Shown here piece by piece: positions 1-6,397 of a stretch of 44,600 nt of DNA; the first letter of the stretch is position 1; every line of letters starts with the position of its first letter. Made by a program: the position numbers and the translations under genes. Below the pieces are notes generated by a model. The model searched no databases, was not told the origin of the DNA, and was given only the letters and a program-made list of their open reading frames with translations. Origin of the DNA: Roseococcus sp. (lineage in GTDB: Bacteria; Pseudomonadota; Alphaproteobacteria; Acetobacterales; Acetobacteraceae); the NCBI GenBank assembly GCA_051860645.1, contig JBHYDO010000001.1, positions 1 to 44,600 on the forward strand, in the 5' to 3' direction.

Positions 1-2
1 CC

Positions 3-67
3 GCGCGCACCGGGGAGAGGGTGCGCGGTGAAAGCTGCGCGCACCGGAGAAGGGGTGCGCGGCGAAA
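3..67 (-). repeat. Two tandem 31-nt hairpin units (34-nt period) with CU-rich loops on the minus strand; may continue beyond the window edge
   Basis: Units at 3-33 and 37-67 have identical 8-bp stems CGCGCACC/GGTGCGCG and 8-nt loops GGGGAGAG and GGAGAAGG (minus strand CUCUCCCC, CCUUCUCC). A partial third arm lies at ~66-77. Confidence 0.75.
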
Positions 68-246
68 AGGGTGCGCCCGCCGCGGCATGGCGGCGCGCGG
101 GATTCGTCTTCCGACGCATCCCGTGCGGCCACGGCGGCGGGCGCGGGCCGCCCGCGCTCACCCGGGACGGGAAGGGGGGGCGGCCAAGGGCGGGGCGGTG
201 CCCGGGCGATGAGGCCCGAGGGGGCGGCACGCAGCCCCGCCGATGT

Positions 247-987
247 TCAGCCGCCGACCAGGCGCCGGAACCCTTCGGAGACGCGCTTCACGATCTCAGG
301 CTCACGCGTGCGCCAGTAGCGCGGGTCGCGCATCATGCGGCGCAGTTCGCCCTCATCTTCGGCGGGCGGCGGCTCGACGTCGCGGGCCATCTGCGGCTCC
401 TTTCCCTGCATCATCCGTTCGAGCGCCATCACGCCCTCCTCGGTGGTGGAGAGCGCCTCGAACACCGCGTCGGGCAGGTTCGCGCGGCCCCAGGCGGAGA
501 GCTGGGACGCCACGCGGCGGAACCGCTCCGGCCCGCCATAGCGCGCGTGCAGCTTCTCCAGCTGGCGCTGCGCCTCGAACTGCTGCGCGGCCTCCGCGAT
601 CAGCGGCAGCAGGCGCTCGGCCGCCAGGTCATAGACCAGCTGCACCTGCTGGCGGGAGAAGCCGGCCTCGTAGAGCCGGCGGTTCACCTCGATGTCGGGC
701 GAAGTGAGCTCATGGCGGATCTCGATCTCGTACTGGTCCGGCGCCTCGGGGATGTCGTGCACCTCGCGCCAGCGCCGCACATCCTCGGGGTCCGCGTCCG
801 GGCCGGGCGGGGCGAGGCGCTGCGAGAGCCGGCGCTCCAGCTCGCGGTAGCTCTTCACCAGCGCGTCCACGCGCAGCTCGCCACGCTCCGCGTCCCAGAA
901 CTTTTCCGGCACGTCGCCGGGGCGGGCCTTGGTGTCGGCGGGGCCAGGGGGGGATGCGATGGCGGCGTCCAACAGGCTGTCTTGCAT
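247..987 (-). CDS. Phage capsid assembly/scaffolding protein (T7-like podovirus type)
   Basis: 246 aa directly downstream of the portal gene. Motifs 'RPxDVPEKFWD...LVKSYRELERRL' and C-terminal 'MMRDPRYW...V' are typical of podovirus scaffolds. SD GGAG upstream. Confidence 0.8.
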   Translation of the reverse strand: MQDSLLDAAIASPPGPADTKARPGDVPEKFWDAERGELRVDALVKSYRELERRLSQRLAPPGPDADPEDVRRWREVHDIPEAPDQYEIEIRHELTSPDIEVNRRLYEAGFSRQQVQLVYDLAAERLLPLIAEAAQQFEAQRQLEKLHARYGGPERFRRVASQLSAWGRANLPDAVFEALSTTEEGVMALERMMQGKEPQMARDVEPPPAEDEGELRRMMRDPRYWRTREPEIVKRVSEGFRRLVGG

Positions 988-994
988 GGCGGCT

Positions 995-2416
995 CTACTC
1001 CGTATGGGTCGGGATCAGGATTTCGGCGGGCGCGCCCAGCGTGCGGGCCAGCCAGCGCGCCGCGGCCGCGGCATCCACCTGGCCGCGCGCGTCCTCGCCC
1101 ATCTTCGAGACGGCCTCGAGGAAGAGCAGCGTGTTCGCCGCATCCGCGCGGCCCTGCACGCGGGCGAGCGGGCTTTCGTAGCGCAGCGCGACGCGGCCCT
1201 GGTCGAGCAGCACCGGCGGCACCTCGCCGCGCCGGGCCAGGATGGAGAGGCTGCGCGCCACCAGCGGCGTCAACAATTCCGATTGCAGGCGGCCATAGGT
1301 GGCGCCGAGCAGGCGCGAGGTCTCGGCGCTGCGTTCCAGCACTTCGGTCGCCGTCATCCGGGCGTCGCGCGGGGTGCCCAGGCGGTCCACCAGCAGGGCC
1401 TGGCGGATGCGCTGCCGCAGATCGTTCAGCATGAGCTGCGACACGTCGAAATTGCCGGGGGCGGCGAGCGGCGTAAGGCCCGCGCTTCCGGGCGCGCGCG
1501 GGATGATGGCGCCGGGCACGAGCTGCACGGTGGCGGGGTTCAGCACCCCGTCATCCTCCGCCTGCCAGATGCCGGTGACGGCGATGGAGGCATTCTTCAG
1601 AACCAGCTCCACCACGCGGTTCGCGGTGCGGATATCGGGCAGCGCCTTCACGACCGGGCCGCGGCCATAGACCTCGCCCGGCCCCTTCAGCCAGCGGAAG
1701 GCGATGTAGGGCGGGTCGGCGAAGCCGCCCTGCGCCAGCAGCGTGGGCTCCGTGCCCGTGCTCGCGTCGAGCACGGCGGCGTAGCGGTGGCCGAAGCGGT
1801 CGGGCCACACCGCCTCCACCACGCGCAGCTTCGCCGGTGCCTCGCTGTCCTTCACGCGCTCCAGCGCGGGCGGAAGTTCGGCGAAGGGGAAGCGCCGGCG
1901 GATCTCGGCCAGCGTCAGCGCGGTTTCGCGATAGACATTGTCCAGGCGTCCAGAGGGGCCTTCCTCCAGCACCGCGTGGCGCACCGGCACGGCGGTAAAC
2001 CGAAGGGCGGAGGCCTCGCCGGGCGGCGCTTCCTCCACCAGGATCACGCCGGTGCCGGTGATGACCAGGTCGAGGAAGGCCTGGTGCATCTCGACGGCGA
2101 AGTTGGAGCGGTCGAGGTGGGATTGCAGCACCTCCGCAGTGCCTTCCAGCGCATAGGCCGCGGCCTGCCCGGCCGGCGTGTCGGCCAGGTCACGCGCCGG
2201 GGCGAGGCCGAACCAGCGCGACCAGGGCGGCGTCAGCTCCGCCAGCAGCGAGGCGGCGAGCTGTTCGGCCGCGTCCGCCGCTGTCGCGTCGAACAGGGCG
2301 GTGGCCTCATGCGGCTTGGGCAGCACATGGGCGTAGGCGTCGGTCCAGATGGCCTCCAGCGTACGGCGCTGGTCCAGCGCGTGGCGCTGGCGGTCGAGGA
2401 TGTCGCGCGGGGTCAT
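995..2416 (-). CDS. Phage portal (head-to-tail connector) protein, T7 gp8/BPP-1-like
   Basis: Motifs 'LFDATA..AAEQLAASL...LTPPWSRWF', 'SNF..EMHQAFLDL..TGTG', 'RW.K.PGEVYGRGP' and 'MTATEV.ER..E..RLLG' are characteristic of the podoviral head-tail connector family. Start reassigned to ATG at 2416 (473 aa). Confidence 0.9.
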   Translation of the reverse strand: MTPRDILDRQRHALDQRRTLEAIWTDAYAHVLPKPHEATALFDATAADAAEQLAASLLAELTPPWSRWFGLAPARDLADTPAGQAAAYALEGTAEVLQSHLDRSNFAVEMHQAFLDLVITGTGVILVEEAPPGEASALRFTAVPVRHAVLEEGPSGRLDNVYRETALTLAEIRRRFPFAELPPALERVKDSEAPAKLRVVEAVWPDRFGHRYAAVLDASTGTEPTLLAQGGFADPPYIAFRWLKGPGEVYGRGPVVKALPDIRTANRVVELVLKNASIAVTGIWQAEDDGVLNPATVQLVPGAIIPRAPGSAGLTPLAAPGNFDVSQLMLNDLRQRIRQALLVDRLGTPRDARMTATEVLERSAETSRLLGATYGRLQSELLTPLVARSLSILARRGEVPPVLLDQGRVALRYESPLARVQGRADAANTLLFLEAVSKMGEDARGQVDAAAAARWLARTLGAPAEILIPTHTE

Positions 2417-2421
2417 GGCGG

Positions 2422-2652
2422 TCACTCGCCCAGCAGGGATTTGCGCGCGACGGGGAGTGGCAGCGGCGCCAGCACCCCGCGGGCAGAGGTGGCGATGGTG
2501 CCCGAAAGGCCCTGGCGGGACCGCTGCCGCGCCTCGATGCGGGCGGCCTCGGCGGTGCCGTCGGCCACGGCGGAGCTGACCGGCTCGGCGGCCGGCAGCG
2601 GCGTGGGCGCGGGCACCACGATGGGCTTCGGGGCGCGGAACAAGCCTCCCAT
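2422..2652 (-). CDS. Small putative virion protein preceding the portal
   Basis: 76 aa: MGGLF..PKP, a Pro/Ala-rich linker, 'G..GTIATS..G' and C-terminal 'RKSLLGE', the pattern of small pre-portal podovirus proteins. Strong SD (AGGAG); 5-nt gap to the portal start. Confidence 0.75.
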   Translation of the reverse strand: MGGLFRAPKPIVVPAPTPLPAAEPVSSAVADGTAEAARIEARQRSRQGLSGTIATSARGVLAPLPLPVARKSLLGE

Positions 2653-2706
2653 GCGCGCGGTTCTCCTGTTGGTTCTGGGGGTGGGCTGCCTCGTCGCCCG
2701 CCACGC

Positions 2707-2746
2707 AAAAAGGACGGCGGGCCAGCCCGGTGAGGGCGGCCCGCCG
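2707..2746 (-). terminator. Intrinsic terminator upstream of the head genes
   Basis: Perfect 9-bp outer stem CGGCGGGCC (2715-2723) / GGCCCGCCG (2738-2746) plus a 4-bp inner stem, followed on the minus strand by TCCTTTTT. Confidence 0.75.
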
Positions 2747-2797
2747 CAAGTTGCGGGGAGAGGAGGGATGCCAGCGGACGCAATTCGCCCGTTGACG
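2707..2797 (-). ncRNA. Candidate ~90-nt sRNA or attenuated leader RNA with a CU-rich anti-SD-like motif (suhB/MmgR-like layout)
   Basis: Bounded by a sigma70-like promoter and a terminator. Contains CAUCCCUCCUCUCCCCGCAACUU just before the terminator stem. The 5' end is estimated. Confidence 0.45.
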
Positions 2798-2802
2798 AGA
2801 CC

Positions 2803-2850
2803 TGTCTAGCGGGGGGAGGAGCCGCCAGTCAAGTATTTTTTCCTATTTTC
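2803..2850 (-). promoter_or_regulatory. Sigma70-type promoter with an adjacent TAGGAA operator-like motif
   Basis: Minus strand: AAATAGGAAAAAATAC-TTGACT-N16-GCTAGACA. An AT-rich patch within the 3' end of the 145-aa gene. Confidence 0.6.
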
Positions 2851-3243
2851 AGCGCGAGTGCTCAGCGCAATATACAACCCGTAGGGGGTCCAGGCGCGGG
2901 GCGCGTGCGGCCCCAGCACGGCCCGGCAGACCGAGACGCAGTTCAGCGGCAGCGGCCCGCGCGTGGGGCCGAGGGTGGTTTCATCGAGGGCAAATGGCCC
3001 CACCGGAACCATTCCGGCACGACGGTAGAAGGCCGGTGCGTCAAAACCGGACGGTACATCCAGGCGCGTCAGCAGCAGGCGCCCGGTCAGCGCCTCCAGC
3101 ACCAGCCAGCCCTGCTCGTCCTCGATCGCGGCGAAGCAGTGGCGAAAGCCCGGGCGCAGCCAGCGCTGCCAGGCGTGGTCCGCCCGGCCGCCGAAGACGA
3201 TCCAGGCGCGCTGCGTGGCCTGGCGCCGATGGCTCGGCCTCAT
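2806..3243 (-). CDS. Hypothetical protein, possible permuted papain-like (NlpC/P60-type) thiol peptidase/amidase
   Basis: 145 aa. His in 'GFRHCF' precedes Cys in 'LNCVSVC', with C-terminal 'TPYGLY..L', which is the permuted papain-fold order. ATGA overlap with the upstream gene. Confidence 0.55.
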   Translation of the reverse strand: MRPSHRRQATQRAWIVFGGRADHAWQRWLRPGFRHCFAAIEDEQGWLVLEALTGRLLLTRLDVPSGFDAPAFYRRAGMVPVGPFALDETTLGPTRGPLPLNCVSVCRAVLGPHAPRAWTPYGLYIALSTRAENRKKYLTGGSSPR

Positions 3244-3671
3244 GCGCGGAGGGGCGCGAAGGTCAGCACCTCCGCATCCGCCTCGATACGGGGCGCGCCG
3301 GCCACGATCCCTTTGACACGAAGTGGAAATTCAAGCCGCGACATGGCCTCCCGCCAGAGCCGGAAGTCGCCGCGCTCGGTGGCGTGGCGCGGGCTGGGGG
3401 GCAGGCCGCGCTCACCCCAGATGCGCATGATGCGGGCGTGACAGAGTTCGATGCGGCGCTGCCGGTAGAGCCGGTCCAGACACTTGATCACGTCGTCCGG
3501 ATCGCAGGGACGCAGCGCCACGCCCTTGCCGGCGGTGACCCTTGCGCCGTCCCGCCGGGCCGTCAGCGCCGCCATGGTCCAGAACCAGGCCTCCTCGGCG
3601 GAGCGGAAGGGCTCGGCCTTCGCGAGGCTCGCATAAATCGGCGAATGGCTGGGGCGGGGGGAGGAAGACAT
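3240..3671 (-). CDS. Hypothetical protein, candidate regulator of the phage-like cluster
   Basis: 143 aa from ATG 3671 (SD AAGGA). Basic and helical-looking: 'PFRSAEEAWFW', 'RPCDPDDV...LDRLYRQRRI', 'LWREAM.RL..PLR.KGIV'. First gene of the leftward operon. Confidence 0.7.
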   Translation of the reverse strand: MSSSPRPSHSPIYASLAKAEPFRSAEEAWFWTMAALTARRDGARVTAGKGVALRPCDPDDVIKCLDRLYRQRRIELCHARIMRIWGERGLPPSPRHATERGDFRLWREAMSRLEFPLRVKGIVAGAPRIEADAEVLTFAPLRA

Positions 3672-3734
3672 CGGCACATCCTTCTTCGGGGGCGCTTGGG
3701 GGGGAGGTGCATCGCCTGGCAGAGATGCATACCC

Positions 3735-3812
3735 AGGGTTGTGACTCATCTTTCCGGCGAAAAGCAAGATTTTCCTATTGCATCATGACCGCCGACCTAA
3801 CATCTTCCTGCC
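3735..3812. promoter_or_regulatory. Divergent promoter region with repeated TTCC(T) half-sites
   Basis: GCAA-gatt-TTCCTA (3764-3777) and CTAA-catc-TTCCTG (3797-3810). On the minus strand, ATAGGAAAATC abuts a TTGCTT -35-like box. Confidence 0.5.
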
Positions 3813-3813
3813 C

Positions 3814-4467
3814 ATGCGACACGATGACATCTGGCGGGCGCTCGATTCGCTGGCCGCCGAGAACGGGCTCTCGCCCTCGGGACTCGCGCGTCGCGCAGGG
3901 CTCGACCCGACGGCGTTCAATCCCTCCAAGCGGGTGGGCCCCGACGGGCGCGCGCGCTGGCCCTCCACGGAGAGCATCGCAAAGGTGCTGGCCGCGACCG
4001 GGGCAGGAATAGAGGCCTTTTCCACCCTGGTCTCTGGCAGCTCCACCCTGCCCAACCTGTCGCGCGGGGGGCGCGGGCTGGTGCGCCGCGTGCCGCTGAT
4101 CGGCCTCGCGCAGGCGGGCAGCGACGGGTATTTTGACGATGGCGGCTTTCCGGTCGGCGGCAGCTGGGACGAGATCAGCCTGCCCGAGATCGGCGATCCG
4201 AATGCCTATGCCTTGGAGATTTCAGGCGATTCCATGTCGCCGGTGTTCCGCGACGGCGATGTTGTCATCGTCTCGCCCGCCGCCCCCATCCGCCGGGGTG
4301 ACCGCGTGGTGCTGCGCACCCGCCGGGGCGAGGTGATGGCGAAGGAGCTTCGTCGGCAAAGCGCCAAGCGCGTGGAGGTGGCGAGCCTCAACCCGGCCCA
4401 CCCAGACTACAGCTTCGACCTGCAGGACGTGGCCTGGATGCACCGCATTCTCTGGAGCAGCCAGTAG
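3814..4467 (+). CDS. LexA/CI-like HTH repressor with a peptidase S24 domain
   Basis: N-terminal HTH 'IWRALD.LA..NGLSPSGLARRAGLDPTAFN.SKR...RWPSTESIAKVL'; Ala-Gly site 'AQAG'; catalytic Ser in 'GDSM' and Lys in 'MAKEL'. Start reassigned to ATG 3814. Confidence 0.9.
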   Translation: MRHDDIWRALDSLAAENGLSPSGLARRAGLDPTAFNPSKRVGPDGRARWPSTESIAKVLAATGAGIEAFSTLVSGSSTLPNLSRGGRGLVRRVPLIGLAQAGSDGYFDDGGFPVGGSWDEISLPEIGDPNAYALEISGDSMSPVFRDGDVVIVSPAAPIRRGDRVVLRTRRGEVMAKELRRQSAKRVEVASLNPAHPDYSFDLQDVAWMHRILWSSQ

Positions 4468-4473
4468 GCTGCC

Positions 4474-6387
4474 TTAGGCGGCCTGCACGGCATCGAGGTC
4501 GCGCTGGGCGTCGCAGGCCAGGTAGCGGCCGGGGCGCCTGGCATCCACCAGGGTCTGCAGGCCGGTGTCGGCGTAGATGCGCAGATGCTCGGGGCCGACA
4601 TCCACGAAGGCAGGGCGGGCGCCATGGCGCTCGCACAGGTCGCGGAAGCGCCAGATGGCGGAGATGGCGTCCCGCTCCTCGCCCGCCGGGTCGCCATGCG
4701 CAATCCAGACGCGGCCATGGCGGCTGAAGGCGAAGCCGGCGCGCTCCGTCTCGCCCCACAGCACGGCGTCGGCCGTGGCGGGCAGGCGGGCGCCCAGGGC
4801 GGCCAGGCGTTGCCTTGCTTCGATGGTGAAGGGCAGCGCCTCGATCCGCGCAGGACGCAGCAATTGCACCGCGCCGGCCAGCAGCAGCACGGCCGTGATG
4901 CCCACGGTGAAGCGCAGCTGGGGCGTGGCGTCGCCCATCAGCACGATCTCCCACCAGGTCTCACCTTGCACTTGGCCCGCATTGGCCAGCAGGGCGAGGG
5001 TGAGGCCGCAGATGGAGGCCGCCGCCAGCGGCAGCAGGATCTCATTCGACAGCGGTTCGCGCCGCAGCCGGCTGCCCCGGTAGAAGGCGGGCCGCATGGT
5101 GGCGAGCAGCGCCGCCACCACCAGGAAGACGCCCCAGGTCCACCAGGCTTCCTCGCGCAGCCAGCCGATGGCGGCGCCGTTCAGCAGCAGGAACAGCGCG
5201 CCCCACCACGCGATGGCCAGCCGCCGCGCCAGCCCGAAGGCCATGACCACCAGCAGGGAGCCCACAATGGAGGCGGCGAATTGCGACGCCAGCGCCGCCT
5301 CATACCCCGCCCATTGCTTGAGCACGGTGACCGACAGCGGCAGCCCGCCCAGAAAGATCAGCAGCGCGCCGCCGATGGCGACGAGGCCGGCCAGTGCGGG
5401 CACCTCCAGCGGCATGGCGCCGCGGCCCAGCGCGCCGAAGCGCGTCAGCAGGTCGCTGCGCTGCGTCACCTCGAAGCCGGCGAAGAGTGCGCCCGAGATG
5501 AACAGCGGCACGATGTAGTAGTAGAGGCGGAACACCAGCAGCGCGCCCACGACCTCGGCCGCGCCCATGTAGGGGGCAAGGCCCAGCAGGATGGCACCGT
5601 CGAACACGCCAAGCCCGCCCGGGACATGCGCGGCGATGCCCGCCGCATAGGCCGCGAGGTAGATGCCCACGAAATGCAGGAAGGTGAGGCCGGGTGCCGC
5701 GGGCAGCAGCACGAAGAAGATCGAGGCCGTCACCGCCACGTCCACCGTGGCGAGCGTGGTCTGCACCAGCGCCATCCGCACGCCCGGCAATTCCACCACA
5801 TGGCCGAAGACACGGATGGTGCGGCGGAAGCGGCTGAGCAGCACATAGCCCAGCACGATCGTGAAGAGCGGCACGGACATGAGTTGCAGCGCCCAGCGTG
5901 GCAGGTGGTCGCCCGCCCAGGGCAGCACCTCCGGCTCGAACAGCAGCACCATCCCGCCCAGCGCCATGCCGCCCAGCCCGAAGGTGAGCGAGGTGAAGCC
6001 GATGATCTTGCCGATCTCGACGGTGGAATAGCCCCAGGCCGAATACAGCCGGTAGCGCACTGCAGCCCCGGACACAGCCGCGAAGCCGATGTTGTGCGCC
6101 AGCGAATAGCCGCAGAAGGAGGCCAGCAGCGCCCGCGGCCAGGACGAAGGGCGCCCCGCATAGCGGGCGCCCAGCCAGTCGTAGATGGCCAGCACGCTGT
6201 AGGCCAGCACCGTCAGCGCCGCCGCCAGCAGCAGGCCGGAGGTGGGAAGTTCCGCCAGCGCCTGGCGCACATCGGCCATGGAGAGGTTGCGGAATTCCCG
6301 CTGCACCACCCAGATGGCGCCGACCAGCAGCGCCAGTCCGAAGACGGTGGCACCATGCCGCCGGACGAAGGGCCAGAGGGTCTTCAT
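4474..6387 (-). CDS. MprF-like lysylphosphatidylglycerol synthase/flippase membrane protein with a short C-terminal domain
   Basis: Multi-TM N-terminus with 'SGAAVRYRLYS', 'HVPGGLGVFD' and 'LVFRLYYYIVPL'. The C-terminal domain begins ('WIAHGDPAG') but the protein ends at 637 aa. Confidence 0.8.
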   Translation of the reverse strand: MKTLWPFVRRHGATVFGLALLVGAIWVVQREFRNLSMADVRQALAELPTSGLLLAAALTVLAYSVLAIYDWLGARYAGRPSSWPRALLASFCGYSLAHNIGFAAVSGAAVRYRLYSAWGYSTVEIGKIIGFTSLTFGLGGMALGGMVLLFEPEVLPWAGDHLPRWALQLMSVPLFTIVLGYVLLSRFRRTIRVFGHVVELPGVRMALVQTTLATVDVAVTASIFFVLLPAAPGLTFLHFVGIYLAAYAAGIAAHVPGGLGVFDGAILLGLAPYMGAAEVVGALLVFRLYYYIVPLFISGALFAGFEVTQRSDLLTRFGALGRGAMPLEVPALAGLVAIGGALLIFLGGLPLSVTVLKQWAGYEAALASQFAASIVGSLLVVMAFGLARRLAIAWWGALFLLLNGAAIGWLREEAWWTWGVFLVVAALLATMRPAFYRGSRLRREPLSNEILLPLAAASICGLTLALLANAGQVQGETWWEIVLMGDATPQLRFTVGITAVLLLAGAVQLLRPARIEALPFTIEARQRLAALGARLPATADAVLWGETERAGFAFSRHGRVWIAHGDPAGEERDAISAIWRFRDLCERHGARPAFVDVGPEHLRIYADTGLQTLVDARRPGRYLACDAQRDLDAVQAA

Positions 6388-6397
6388 GGCGCGCGTC

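Noticed and set aside
3-77. CRISPR array
   Set aside because: Only two units, variable parts of 8 nt, and no cas genes in the window.
2417-2749. N-terminal 111-aa extension of the portal in the ORF track
   Set aside because: It overlaps the 76-aa gene and the terminator; portal-like sequence begins at ATG 2416.
1-4467. Complete, active prophage
   Set aside because: No integrase, att, replication, terminase or lysis genes lie between the repressor and the head genes or at the right boundary. It cannot be fully excluded because the left part is outside the window.
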